Counted from the stretch's first letter, positions 36,708 to 47,283 are shown. The stretch: 64,000 nucleotides of DNA from an uncultured Gammaproteobacteria bacterium (GCA_964457465.1 CAYWEJ010000002.1:15-64014); one strand, 5' to 3'. The notes: a model not told the origin generated them from the sequence alone. Numbers and translations are program-made.

Positions 36708-39620
36708 TCAATCTTTTGAAATACTACATACCATTTTATATTCACAGTTTTTGCATAAGATACTGCCGCTGCAAGAAAAGTTGCTGTATTGAATTTCTTC
36801 AGCCTTTTTGAGTATTTGTTGTTTAGCCAACTCTAGCTCATCTCGTGTCCTGGTGGTTGATATTTTTTTATCCTCCTCAATATAAAATAGGCTTAACACA
36901 ACTTCTTCAGGTCTTCTATTAAAAATCATACCTTGAACTTCTGTTGCAGCAAGTGCATAGAAGGTTAGCTGGAAATCTTCATGGAGCTTTTTTTCTGATG
37001 GAACATTTGACCCAGTTTTGTAATCAATAACTTCAATGTTGCCATTTGACAATGCGTCGATTCTGTCAATTCTTCCTCCTATTTTTAGCTTGTTTAACCA
37101 AAAGTTGAAAGGTTGCTCAATTGCTATTGTCTCAGGGATATCAGCCAAGGTTTTTTTTGCAAAGTTTTGTAGCATAAGATCTGCTTGAACTTTTGCTTTA
37201 TCTTCATGATTTTTACTTAGATACCCAACATTCACCCAATTTTTTAGAAATAATTCGTGCATAGTTTTTTGTGTTATTTTATTATTTGTTTTTAGTAGTT
37301 GAAAAAAATCTCTTAGAGCACTATGGACGCTGACTCCATAGCTAAGTGCTGGTGAAGGAGCAGTAGGAACATTTAGAATATATCTTAGTTTGTAATGGAG
37401 CGGGCAAGTGTCAAAAGTTTGAATTTGAGAATATGAAAGATATGTCAAAGGAGGAATACTTGATTGAACTATTTGTTCACTTTTTTCGTCTTCAATATGA
37501 TTGTTATTAAATAACTCTAAGAGAGATAATTGTTGGCTGGTGTCAGTAGATTTTTGATTTGCTAAGACTTTTTCAATATATTCTTCACCTAATGCTTCAC
37601 CAACGAAAGGAGATATTTTTCTTTCCTTTTTTCCTTCACCATAAAATTTTGCGGCTGTAAGTACAAGTTGGTCTCTTGCCCTGGTCATTGCAACATAGAA
37701 AAGTCTTCTCTCCTCCTCAAGATTTTCATCACCAGTTGGCAGCTCTTCTTTGATGATATCCGTTGGTACTGGTATTTGTTCCTTCCTGTCTCTACTGGGG
37801 AATCTTTGCGTCACTAGGTTAACTACAAAGACAACAGGAAATTCCAAACCTTTGCTTGAGTGAACTGTTAGGATATTTACAGCATCTGTTGATGACCAGT
37901 CTATCTCTGCAGCTAATGGACTTTCTCCAAGCTCCATTGATAGCTCAATCCAGTCTGTTACTGCAAAAACAGAGGCATCCTTTTTATTATTGGCAAATGT
38001 TTGTAATTTTGTAAAAAACTTAGCTACATTTTGCGCCTGATGCTCTGTCTTGGTGGTTTTTGGGTCAAGATAATATCCAAGTAACCCTGAATCTTCAAAG
38101 AAATAGTACAAAATTTGTCCTGCACTCTCAGTAGATATAAGCGAAAGATGCTTTTTTATCATTTTTTCTAAACGTTTTACTCGTTCAACCCCATCGCTTG
38201 ATAGTCCAATTGTTTCGCTTTGCTCAATAGCATCAAGAATACTGCAGTTGTTTCTCTTAACATAATTCAGTAGGGTAGCAACATCTTTTGCATCAATCTC
38301 AAAAATTGGCATAGTAAGAACTCTATAAAAAGATGCGTTGTCATCGTAGTTAGTAAGAATTTTAAGATACGCAATGAGATCGCGAATTTCGTTTTGTTCA
38401 TAGAGATGGCTTGGTCCTAAAAATTGACATGGAATTTTTTGTCTATCAAATACTTTTTGAAAAGGGAGTGCATGATCATTAGCTCTAACCAAGATAGCAA
38501 AATCGTTATAGTGCAAATTGTTTTTTTTCATTTCTTTTTTAATGTATGTAGCAACACCTTCAGCTTCATCTTCTGCCCGTGAGTAATGGAAAAATTCAAT
38601 GTTCTTGCCTTTATGATCTCTTGTCGCAATAAGTTTTTTATCTATACCCTCTTTTGCTTCTAGTCTATCCGGATTGTTATGTTGAATCATTCTGTATGCT
38701 GCTTCTAGAATTACTTGCGTTGAGCGATAATTCTTATTTAAAGTCACAATTTTTGTCTTTGGGAAATGAGATCTGAACTGAAGCATGTTGGCAAGCGCTG
38801 CTCCTCTCCATCTGTAGATACTTTGATCGTCATCCCCAACAACTGTAATATTTTGTTTTGACCCACTGAGTAGGATAGCCATTTCGTTTTGAGAATAATT
38901 TGTATCCTGAAACTCATCGACAAGTATGTATTTAAATTGCTCTTGGTAGCGTTTCAGGATATGTGGGCGAGTTCTAAACAAAGTGAGTACATTACTGATA
39001 AGATCAGAAAAATCCAGGACTCCTGCTTGCATTTTTAATGCCTCATAAGTTCCAAAAGCCTTTGCTAGCTCGTGTGTTTTCTGGATTTCATCTATGTCAA
39101 CATTTTTAGTCTTAAGCTTTTCAGCATAAGAGAGATATTGGATTGGATTTATATCATCGTCTTTTAGTCTGCTAAAATGAGACAGCAGGCCTTGAATAAA
39201 TTTCATAGGATTCCCCATAGGTCTGAAATATTGAAGATCTAATTCGAAAAGATTTTTTTTCAAAAAAAGAAGTGATTCGGTTTCAGTCATGAGTTCGTAG
39301 GAGGGGGTGAGTCCAATATGGATTGCTTCTTGTCTTAAAACGCGATCGCAAAAAGCGTGGAATGTTTCTATCCACAAGTTTGTATATCCATAGGGTAGGA
39401 TTTCATCTACTCTTTTCTCCATCTCACTTGCTGCTTTTTCAGTAAAAGTTAGAGCTAAGATATTTGAGGCATTAACTTTCTTTTCTAAAATAAGGTGCTC
39501 GATTCTTTTTGTTACTACTGTAGTTTTTCCTGTGCCTGCTCCTGCGATAATCATTAGAGGTCCATCGCCGTGGCAAACAGCATCTTTTTGTTCAGGATTT
39601 AGAGTGGTGGTATCGGGCAT
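36708..39620 (-). CDS. UvrD/PcrA-family SF1 helicase fused to a C-terminal RecB/Cas4-type PD-(D/E)xK nuclease with a 4-Cys cluster
   Basis: 970 aa. N-terminal GAGTGKTT Walker A and the UvrD motifs. C-terminus carries C...QLTFYALA...DRIDAL...EVIDYKTG...C..C..C, which is Fe-S nuclease-like. Confidence 0.85.
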   Translation of the reverse strand: MPDTTTLNPEQKDAVCHGDGPLMIIAGAGTGKTTVVTKRIEHLILEKKVNASNILALTFTEKAASEMEKRVDEILPYGYTNLWIETFHAFCDRVLRQEAIHIGLTPSYELMTETESLLFLKKNLFELDLQYFRPMGNPMKFIQGLLSHFSRLKDDDINPIQYLSYAEKLKTKNVDIDEIQKTHELAKAFGTYEALKMQAGVLDFSDLISNVLTLFRTRPHILKRYQEQFKYILVDEFQDTNYSQNEMAILLSGSKQNITVVGDDDQSIYRWRGAALANMLQFRSHFPKTKIVTLNKNYRSTQVILEAAYRMIQHNNPDRLEAKEGIDKKLIATRDHKGKNIEFFHYSRAEDEAEGVATYIKKEMKKNNLHYNDFAILVRANDHALPFQKVFDRQKIPCQFLGPSHLYEQNEIRDLIAYLKILTNYDDNASFYRVLTMPIFEIDAKDVATLLNYVKRNNCSILDAIEQSETIGLSSDGVERVKRLEKMIKKHLSLISTESAGQILYYFFEDSGLLGYYLDPKTTKTEHQAQNVAKFFTKLQTFANNKKDASVFAVTDWIELSMELGESPLAAEIDWSSTDAVNILTVHSSKGLEFPVVFVVNLVTQRFPSRDRKEQIPVPTDIIKEELPTGDENLEEERRLFYVAMTRARDQLVLTAAKFYGEGKKERKISPFVGEALGEEYIEKVLANQKSTDTSQQLSLLELFNNNHIEDEKSEQIVQSSIPPLTYLSYSQIQTFDTCPLHYKLRYILNVPTAPSPALSYGVSVHSALRDFFQLLKTNNKITQKTMHELFLKNWVNVGYLSKNHEDKAKVQADLMLQNFAKKTLADIPETIAIEQPFNFWLNKLKIGGRIDRIDALSNGNIEVIDYKTGSNVPSEKKLHEDFQLTFYALAATEVQGMIFNRRPEEVVLSLFYIEEDKKISTTRTRDELELAKQQILKKAEEIQYSNFSCSGSILCKNCEYKMVCSISKD

Positions 39621-39637
39621 GCAGACTATTCTATCAT

Positions 39638-40414
39638 ATGCGCATTGTTATGAATGCTATAAATTGTTATCATGCCAATACTATGGTTCAGCCAAGCAAT
39701 ATTAAGACGACATTTATTAGAAAAGAAAAAGTTGCAAAAGACACGTACTCATTTTACTTTGAAAAACCGAATGGCTTTAGTTATGCTCCGGGGCAATGCA
39801 TGAAGATTACTTTACCATATGTGATCAATGATCCTCGTGGCCCAAGAAGATTTTTTACTATCTCCTCTTCACCGCTTGAGAAGGAATTGGCTATAACAAC
39901 AAAAATTATATACAGTCCAAGTATTTTTAAGCAACAACTCCTATTATTGGAGAAAGGAGATGAAGTAGTTATTTTTGGACCAATGGGAAGTTTTTTCCTA
40001 CCTGAAAAAAGAGATAGCTCGTTGATTTTCCTCGCAGGAGGGATTGGAATAACTCCGTTTTATAGCATGGTGAAATTCCTCTCAAAGTCTAATTCTAAGA
40101 CAATAGTAAGCCTGTTTGTATCCTTCAGAAATTTAGATGAGGCAGTTTTCTATGAAGAGCTCTTAAGTATGTCAAAAGAAAATTCTTCTCTAAAAGTTAT
40201 TTATACTATCAGTAATCCTGCTAAGGAACTTAATTGGAAAGGTGAGGTGGGGAGAGTAACACCATCGATTATCAAAAAGCATGTTCCAGACTATCAGAGC
40301 AATGTATTTTTTATCTGTGGTCCAGAAAAAATGGTTGAGACAATGAAGGAGATGGTTGTACTAATGGGTGTCCGTGACAAGGAGATAGTTTGCGAGCAAT
40401 TTTCAGGATATTAG
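39638..40414 (+). CDS. FNR-like FAD/NAD(P)-binding oxidoreductase
   Basis: RRFFTISSSP (RxYS-type FAD motif), GPMGSF, and AGGIGITP NAD(P)-binding motif. Confidence 0.7.
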   Translation: MRIVMNAINCYHANTMVQPSNIKTTFIRKEKVAKDTYSFYFEKPNGFSYAPGQCMKITLPYVINDPRGPRRFFTISSSPLEKELAITTKIIYSPSIFKQQLLLLEKGDEVVIFGPMGSFFLPEKRDSSLIFLAGGIGITPFYSMVKFLSKSNSKTIVSLFVSFRNLDEAVFYEELLSMSKENSSLKVIYTISNPAKELNWKGEVGRVTPSIIKKHVPDYQSNVFFICGPEKMVETMKEMVVLMGVRDKEIVCEQFSGY

Positions 40415-41491
40415 ATTGCTATTCTTTTCACCTGAGGTGCTTGGTTCGACCTCTTGTTGTAGATCTTCTCCAAGCATTTTACCCGTTGTTAGCTTGTTCC
40501 CAATTTGAGCAAAGCCTGCTGCAACATTTGTAAATTGTGTTGACGCATTTCCTAGATGTTTTCCAAGAACTCCCATATTCTCATTTACTTTATCGTATTC
40601 ATGTTGTAGTGTACGAAGAAGTCGAAAAATTTCTTTTGATCTTGACTCTATTTTCTTACCTTCAAATGAGAGGAGTATGGTCTGAAGGTGGACATAGAGA
40701 GTGCTAGGCGATACAACATATACTCTTTGTTTTCTGGCATAGTTCATAATTTCAGAAAGATTACACAATTCATAGAAAATAGATTCGCTTGGAATATACA
40801 TCAGTGCAAAATCCATGGTACCTTCATCCGGCAAGATATATTTTTTACTGATTGCATCAATGTGTCTTTTTACATCCTTTTGGAATTCTCTTTGGAAATC
40901 TTCTTTAGTTTTTGCGTCTTCAGCTTTTACCATTTTTTGATAATTTTCCATAGGAAATTTTGAGTCAATAGGTAGAATTCCTGCATCTGTTTTTATAGCA
41001 GCATCTACTCTTTCGCCAGATCTAAATTGATACTGCAAGTAAAACGAGTTTTTTGGGAATAGTTGAGCGATAAGATCTTTTAGGATTTCTTCACCAATAT
41101 TGCCACGCATTTTAGGGCTTTTTAAGAAGTCTTGCAGCTCCTTCATGCTTCTTCCAATTTCGCTCATTTGTCCCACCTCTTTCCCTACGCCTGCTATGAC
41201 CGTCGCTGCTTTGTCGAGCCTATCATTAAGCTGTCTTGAGTTCTCCTGGAGAGTTCTGACCATGTGCGTTGTGTTAGTAGAGAGGGTAGAGTTAATATTT
41301 TTATTAGTATTTTCAAGTGAGACCTGCATTGTTTTTAACCACTCAAGCATTGTTTGGTCGCTTGCATTTTTTTGAAGTGAGTTTAATTTTCTATTGAGGT
41401 AGAAAAGGATGACCCCAAATCCTAAAAGGAGAGCTATAAGAAAAGGCAGCATTTCTTGCATAGTGGTAGGTATTGTATCATACCTATGCAA
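40403..41491 (-). CDS. rmuC: DNA recombination protein RmuC
   Basis: 362 aa. N-terminal TM and coiled coil, then the conserved RGNIGEEIL...IDSKFP core. Confidence 0.8.
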   Translation of the reverse strand: MHRYDTIPTTMQEMLPFLIALLLGFGVILFYLNRKLNSLQKNASDQTMLEWLKTMQVSLENTNKNINSTLSTNTTHMVRTLQENSRQLNDRLDKAATVIAGVGKEVGQMSEIGRSMKELQDFLKSPKMRGNIGEEILKDLIAQLFPKNSFYLQYQFRSGERVDAAIKTDAGILPIDSKFPMENYQKMVKAEDAKTKEDFQREFQKDVKRHIDAISKKYILPDEGTMDFALMYIPSESIFYELCNLSEIMNYARKQRVYVVSPSTLYVHLQTILLSFEGKKIESRSKEIFRLLRTLQHEYDKVNENMGVLGKHLGNASTQFTNVAAGFAQIGNKLTTGKMLGEDLQQEVEPSTSGEKNSNLIS

Positions 41492-41495
41492 CTTG

Positions 41496-42530
41496 CTAGT
41501 AATATAACTGAGGTGAAGCTTTTACATCTTCCCAATCCACTGCCGTAGAAAAAAATCCTGCAGCTGCAATCATTGCGCCGTTATCTGTGCATAGGGAAGG
41601 AGTGGGAGAAAAAAGCTTCCCGTTTATTTTTTTCAGCTCTCCATCAAGAGCAAGTCGTAGTTGTTTATTTGCAGTTACACCGCCACCCATAATTACTGTA
41701 TTTAATGAGTGTTTCTCACACGCCATCATGGTTTTTTTAACAAGCACGTCAACAATTGCTTCTTGGGTACTCGCACAAAGATCGTAAAGAATTTGCTTAT
41801 GATCACCACGGGAAAAGTCCCAGTTATTTTTTCGAATAAGATTTAAAACAGAAGTCTTCAGACCGCTAAAGCTAAAATCAAAGTCACCAGAATGTATCAT
41901 CGGGCGAGGTAGATCAAATTTATTTTTATTACCTTTTTCTGCAAGCTGAGAAATAACTGGCCCTGCAGGATAGGGAAGCGACAAAAGTCTCCCTACTTTA
42001 TCAAAGGCTTCACCTGCAGCATCGTCTCTGTTTCCACCTAAGGGTGTGATCCTATGTGACTTATCAATAGTAAGTAGGTCTGTATGTCCTCCGGACACAA
42101 CAAGCCCAATTGCAGGAAGAGAAATATTTGCATGCTCCACCATGTTTATTAATAGGTGCCCATGCATATGGTTGACTGGTATGATAGGCACTTTCCACAA
42201 CAGTGACATAGTTTTTGCCGTCTCTACACCAATTAAGAGTGGGCCAATCAAGCCGGGTCCATATGTGACTGCTATCGCATCTATTGGAGGAATCTTTTTA
42301 TCGCTAAGTGACATACCAAAAGCATCATATATCGTTTTTTCAACAACTTTAAGGATGTATTTCAGTTGCTCGCGAGATGCAACCTCTGGAATTATCCCAC
42401 CTGTCATAGCATGAAGGTTAAGTGAAGAGGAAATGTTATTGGAAAGGATCTTGAATGAATTCGAAGAATACTTTTCAACTACCGAAATTCCTGTTTCGTC
42501 ACAAGAAGTTTCAATGCCGAGGATTATCAT
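41496..42530 (-). CDS. tsaD: tRNA N6-adenosine threonylcarbamoyltransferase TsaD
   Basis: 344 aa. MIILGIETSCDETG and HMHGHL metal-binding motifs. Confidence 0.92.
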   Translation of the reverse strand: MIILGIETSCDETGISVVEKYSSNSFKILSNNISSSLNLHAMTGGIIPEVASREQLKYILKVVEKTIYDAFGMSLSDKKIPPIDAIAVTYGPGLIGPLLIGVETAKTMSLLWKVPIIPVNHMHGHLLINMVEHANISLPAIGLVVSGGHTDLLTIDKSHRITPLGGNRDDAAGEAFDKVGRLLSLPYPAGPVISQLAEKGNKNKFDLPRPMIHSGDFDFSFSGLKTSVLNLIRKNNWDFSRGDHKQILYDLCASTQEAIVDVLVKKTMMACEKHSLNTVIMGGGVTANKQLRLALDGELKKINGKLFSPTPSLCTDNGAMIAAAGFFSTAVDWEDVKASPQLYY

Positions 42531-42988
42531 AGTGAGAGCGTGACATCTTGTCCAACTTTAATATTATATTTTTTTACTGACCCAGCATTGAGCTCGATGA
42601 CTTTATCAGATGGTGAAGTAGGTTGGTAAAATACGCCCTGGGGGGTGGTTTTTTTGTCAAGTATTTGGACATTTTCATAAATAGTAATAATCTTATTGCT
42701 GTTCAAAAATAGAATATCGAGGGGAAACTTCATGTCTCTCATCCAAAAAGAAGGTATAGTTGGTGCATCAAATACAAATAACATTCCTTGCTTTTCTCCA
42801 AGACTTTTTCTTCCTGAAAGACCTTGCTCTCTTTTTTTAATAGTATCTGCAACATCTAGAGTGAAAGTAGTGTTATTTATTTTTGCTTCTGCTTTTTTGC
42901 TAAAAAATTGACCTTTTCCATTTAGAGCGAATAGACCTGCGGTTAGTAGTATTATAAAAATGATACATGCCAATAAATATTTATTCAT
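42527..42988 (-). CDS. DUF192 (COG1430) domain protein, membrane-anchored
   Basis: 153 aa. MLFVF...FWMRDMKFPLDILF is typical of DUF192. Confidence 0.65.
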   Translation of the reverse strand: MNKYLLACIIFIILLTAGLFALNGKGQFFSKKAEAKINNTTFTLDVADTIKKREQGLSGRKSLGEKQGMLFVFDAPTIPSFWMRDMKFPLDILFLNSNKIITIYENVQILDKKTTPQGVFYQPTSPSDKVIELNAGSVKKYNIKVGQDVTLSL

Positions 42989-43442
42989 TGTTTATTTTTT
43001 TTGACGTTGAAAATTGATCAAGTCTATCAACTACCTCAATTAGCTTTGCGTTATTAACATCTGCTTGTCTTTTCTTGTGAGATAGGTTTAGATCTCCTTT
43101 GGTAGTTGCGATTATAGCAGGTTTGATATTTGATACAAGGTCGTCATAGTCTCTGTCTAGAAATGGATAAGGAAGAAGTATCACGAAATCAACTGTTGTT
43201 TGGAGTAGCGCCTCGCTTCTCTCTGATTGCTTCTGGATCGGCCTATGCTCCCCTTTAGTCTGCTTGATGCTCTGGTCTGATTCTAATAACACTACCAATA
43301 CGCCGCCTAGTTTTTTTGCTGCATTGATAAATGAGATATGTCCATCATGAAGAAGATCAAAGCATCCTCCGATCAAAATTATTGGTTCTGATTGAGCTGC
43401 AAGAATAGATAGAATTTTTTTGGGATAGCCTGATTTTTTCAT
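42981..43442 (-). CDS. Cytidylyltransferase-family nucleotidyltransferase, RfaE-domain-II-like
   Basis: GGCFDLLHDGH (HxGH) motif. Resembles heptose-1-phosphate adenylyltransferase and TagD. Confidence 0.7.
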   Translation of the reverse strand: MKKSGYPKKILSILAAQSEPIILIGGCFDLLHDGHISFINAAKKLGGVLVVLLESDQSIKQTKGEHRPIQKQSERSEALLQTTVDFVILLPYPFLDRDYDDLVSNIKPAIIATTKGDLNLSHKKRQADVNNAKLIEVVDRLDQFSTSKKINNE

Positions 43443-43445
43443 CTA

Positions 43446-44876
43446 TCAAGTCTTAGTTCCTCTTAAGAAAACTGCCTGCCAAGGTCGGTATGTTGAAGAA
43501 AATTTTTGAGATATTATCTCTTCTCCATCTTTTGTGACTTTGTACATGAAATATACACTTGCTCCTGATGCTGCAAAGTCAATTTGCTTGATTTGTCCAG
43601 AAGGTAATGTTGGGTCATCTTGGTATAGCGGTTCTGGAGCGGGTGACTGTGAGAGAATAACAGGTTCTGAGATTGTTGCAACACGACCATCGGATGTGCC
43701 ATATAGTTCAAAGGTTAGTCTAAGGCTTGCAAGATCTACGCCTGTCTGGATAAGAATATAATGACCTGTATCATTTTTAAATTTTAGATCTACAGTCGGA
43801 GTATAGATCGCCGCATCAACTCCAGGCCCTGAGTCCTCCTCATAATAATGAACACGATATGCGTGCGGGTGGCGTTCAGAGATCGTCATGCCAGCGTTAA
43901 GTAGAGCACGAAAGAGAGTAGTTGAGACTTGACAGACTCCCCCGCCATCACCGAGTTGAGTTCGCCCATTTTGAATAACATAAGCTTGTTTGTATCCACT
44001 TAACGATGAGATATCACCAACAGCTTTATTGAAAGAGAATACTTCATCAGGTTTTATTAAAATACCATTAAGACGAGAAGCGGCTAATTGTATATTAAAT
44101 ATACGATTTGGAATTGAGCCCTGGAATAGAGAGGTTCCTATGCCTATCCTTTCGGTAATACCAAGATCATTTGCTTCGTCTGTTTCGATCTCTGGTTTTA
44201 TAGTTTTAACAGGCATAGTAATTTTGAGAGGAGTCTTACTTTCTAATAGTTGAGGAACAGCATCTTCAGCGATGGTGGTAATAACCATCTCTGTGTCAAC
44301 AGATTTTCCATCCCTTGAAGCTCTAAACTCAGAAACCTTACCGTTCTCATAGGCAAAGCGTGCATTAATAGGATCTTGATTGATTTTATCCTGAAAATTT
44401 TTGAGTAGCTTAGTAAGTGTTGAGTCGGAGTAGTGATAGGCGGGTGTTAATGTGACGCCATGAAGATAAGATTCTAAGCTAAGATAGATGTCAGAAAAGA
44501 AGTTGCCACTTCTACCAATGCTATACGCTTGTGAGGAAAGAAGATTTTCGTCATAACCAAGCTCGAGATCTTTTGCTGAAATCGTAGCTATTAATGTGTC
44601 TGATTTAAATTCAACAAGCTTATTGCTAACAATCTCATTTTTTGCTTTAAAAAAATCCCTAACTTGCTCTTTAGATTTTCCTCCTAAGTCGATGTTGTCA
44701 ATAATAACTCCTGGATAAACTTTGTCATTGAAAGTTTGTTTATAGTAGATATAAATAAAACTACTAAAAAAGAAAAATCCAATAAGTGCACCAAAGGAAA
44801 ACCAAAAAAGTGTTCTTAAGACTGCAAATAATTTTTTTCGTCTACGAAGTACAGATAAGGGAGATTGGATTTTCAT
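43446..44876 (-). CDS. VanW family protein
   Basis: 476 aa. N-terminal TM. VanW motif GGGVCQVSTTLFRALLNAG. Confidence 0.8.
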   Translation of the reverse strand: MKIQSPLSVLRRRKKLFAVLRTLFWFSFGALIGFFFFSSFIYIYYKQTFNDKVYPGVIIDNIDLGGKSKEQVRDFFKAKNEIVSNKLVEFKSDTLIATISAKDLELGYDENLLSSQAYSIGRSGNFFSDIYLSLESYLHGVTLTPAYHYSDSTLTKLLKNFQDKINQDPINARFAYENGKVSEFRASRDGKSVDTEMVITTIAEDAVPQLLESKTPLKITMPVKTIKPEIETDEANDLGITERIGIGTSLFQGSIPNRIFNIQLAASRLNGILIKPDEVFSFNKAVGDISSLSGYKQAYVIQNGRTQLGDGGGVCQVSTTLFRALLNAGMTISERHPHAYRVHYYEEDSGPGVDAAIYTPTVDLKFKNDTGHYILIQTGVDLASLRLTFELYGTSDGRVATISEPVILSQSPAPEPLYQDDPTLPSGQIKQIDFAASGASVYFMYKVTKDGEEIISQKFSSTYRPWQAVFLRGTKT

Positions 44877-44930
44877 ATATTGAATTGCTATGACTTATAT
44901 CAGGTATTATACTATACGAGAGGTATCATT

Positions 44931-46412
44931 ATGAACGAAAACGTAATTTTTTCCAAACCTTCCTTTTCTGAAAAGCAAGAAAATACTCCTGCGCAACCTT
45001 TACGTCCTGCATCTGGGCAGGTATCAAATACTCCTCCTCCACCTCCAGCTCCTCCTCCACCTCCTGCGCCAATCTCCCCTACTGCAGGGTCGCCATTGCC
45101 AAAGCCTCAAAGTCCGTCGATGCTTGGAGGTATTGGCAAGATTGTTGGCATAGTTGGGATAGTAGTTATTTTTATTTTTCTTGTTTTTAAGTTCATATTT
45201 CCTCTTTTTTCTCATAAGAATGATGATAAAAAAGTGACCTTAGTATATTGGGGGCTTTTTGAAAACCAGCAAGTCATGAACTCTCTTATTAGTGATTTTG
45301 AGAGAAAAAATCCAAATATAAAAGTTACTTATGTGCAGAAAGACATAAAGCAATATAGGCAAAGTTTGACTACGCAGATTCAAAATGGAAGTGGTCCAGA
45401 TATATTCAGATTTCATAACTCATGGGTTGGCATGATGAAGCAGTACTTGTCTCCGCTTAGCTCAGATGTTATAGCACCAAGTGACTTTAAAAATAATTAT
45501 TATCCAATAGTTCAGCAGGATTTAACAAGAAATGGTGCTTTGTATGGTGTCCCTCTGGGAATAGATATGTTATCGCTTTTTGTTAACACAGACTTGCTTG
45601 AGGCGGGGGGGAATAGCGTCCCTCAGACATGGGATGAATTTGTTCGAATTGCTAAAGATCGATTGGTTAAAGATAGCGATGGGAAGATACGTACGGCAGG
45701 AGCAGCAATGGGAACCTTTGACAATATCGATCATGCACCAGATATCATTGCATTGCTTATGGCTCAAAATGGCACAAGCTTCTCAGATTTTTCTTCAACG
45801 ATAGACAATGCGAGTCAGGCGTTAGAATTCTATACAGCTTTTGCAAAAGATGAGGGAAGTGTTTGGGATAGTACGTTAGATTCCTCTGCAGTAGCCTTTG
45901 CTAAAGGTAACCTTGCAATGTACTTTGGATACTCATGGAATATTTTTGGTATTAAAGCGCTAAATCCAAATCTTAAATTTAGTGTAAACCCTGTACCGAA
46001 TTTGCCAGGAAGGAAGCTCGCTTTAGCAAGTTATTGGGCAGAAGGCGTTTCTTCAAAAAGTAAAAATCAGCAAGCTGCTATGAAATTCATGAATTTTCTT
46101 ACCCAGAAAGAAACATTGCAAAAATTTTACGCTGAATCTTCAAAAGTAAGGCTTTTTGGCGAGGCTTATCCTAGAAAAGATCTTGCGCAGAGTCTCTTGT
46201 CGCAGCAGTATTTGGCATCTGTTGTTCAACAAGCAGATTACGCAACATCATCATACTTTGCTAGCGATACATACGACGACGGTATTAATGCTCAAATGAA
46301 TACATATCTTGGTAATGCAGTTAGGTCAATCCAGGACACTACCTCTCTTCAGACTGCATCTGAAACCCTCGCCCAGGGAGTGAGTCAAACTCTCTCAAAG
46401 TATGGGCGATAA
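44931..46412 (+). CDS. Extracellular solute-binding protein (ABC sugar-binding family 1), membrane-anchored with a Pro-rich N-terminal segment
   Basis: Start at the ATG at 44931 (RBS GAGAGG). PPPPPAPPPPPAP linker, TM helix, then an SBP_bac_1-like domain. No permease or ATPase genes adjacent. Confidence 0.7.
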   Translation: MNENVIFSKPSFSEKQENTPAQPLRPASGQVSNTPPPPPAPPPPPAPISPTAGSPLPKPQSPSMLGGIGKIVGIVGIVVIFIFLVFKFIFPLFSHKNDDKKVTLVYWGLFENQQVMNSLISDFERKNPNIKVTYVQKDIKQYRQSLTTQIQNGSGPDIFRFHNSWVGMMKQYLSPLSSDVIAPSDFKNNYYPIVQQDLTRNGALYGVPLGIDMLSLFVNTDLLEAGGNSVPQTWDEFVRIAKDRLVKDSDGKIRTAGAAMGTFDNIDHAPDIIALLMAQNGTSFSDFSSTIDNASQALEFYTAFAKDEGSVWDSTLDSSAVAFAKGNLAMYFGYSWNIFGIKALNPNLKFSVNPVPNLPGRKLALASYWAEGVSSKSKNQQAAMKFMNFLTQKETLQKFYAESSKVRLFGEAYPRKDLAQSLLSQQYLASVVQQADYATSSYFASDTYDDGINAQMNTYLGNAVRSIQDTTSLQTASETLAQGVSQTLSKYGR

Positions 46413-47283
46413 CGAAAAGGCGATTATTCGCACTCTCATCTATAGTAATATGTTTTTATTTCCTCTGACCTATGAAGAGTTATATTTTTATCTTCATGCA
46501 GATAAAAGTATTAAGAGGTCGATATTTAATCTATCGCTGAAAAAGACTAAGACGAAACTCATCTTTAAAGATGGACTATATGCATTACCTAGCGCTGAGA
46601 AGCATATTAGAAATCGAGTAAAATTAAGGTTGGAGAATGAAAGAAAATATAAAATCGCACTTTCAATGGCGGGCGCTCTTTCACATATTCCAACTGTTTG
46701 TTTTATAGGGATAACAGGAAGTCTTGCAGTTAAGAACGCTAAGCAAAATGATGATATTGATTTTATTGTCATAGCGGAAAATAAAACATTATTTGCTACA
46801 CGCATGATTTGCCTTTTACTTTTGCAGTTATATGGTAAGCGAAGAAAAAAAGATGAAGAGAATCCAAAAGATAAAATTTGTCTTAATTTAATGATGACAA
46901 AGAATGGGATGGGGGAATTTGCGACTAGAAAAAATATTTATATAGCTAGAGAGATTGCGCAGATAGAGCCGCTTTTCAATCGCGAAAATACTTATTCGGA
47001 GTTATTAAAGCAAAATATGTGGATAACTACATATATGCCTAATGCTCATATAAAAAGAAAAATCCCAATAAAAAGAAGCAAAACACATTTTATAGGTATC
47101 TTTTCAATGGTAGAATTTATCTGTAAAAAACTACAGTTATCCATTATGCTTAGAGGTAAAAAAAGTAAAAAAAACGTAGATGACTTTTTAGCATTCTATC
47201 CACATCATAGAGAAGAACTAATCATTAAGCGATATATTGAAAGTATCTCATTCTATAGTAAATACTATAATACTAATTTATAG
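46402..47283 (+). CDS. Pol-beta-superfamily nucleotidyltransferase domain protein
   Basis: 293 aa. GITGSLAVKNAKQNDDIDFIVI matches the GS...DxD minimal NTase signature. Confidence 0.55.
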   Translation: MGDNEKAIIRTLIYSNMFLFPLTYEELYFYLHADKSIKRSIFNLSLKKTKTKLIFKDGLYALPSAEKHIRNRVKLRLENERKYKIALSMAGALSHIPTVCFIGITGSLAVKNAKQNDDIDFIVIAENKTLFATRMICLLLLQLYGKRRKKDEENPKDKICLNLMMTKNGMGEFATRKNIYIAREIAQIEPLFNRENTYSELLKQNMWITTYMPNAHIKRKIPIKRSKTHFIGIFSMVEFICKKLQLSIMLRGKKSKKNVDDFLAFYPHHREELIIKRYIESISFYSKYYNTNL

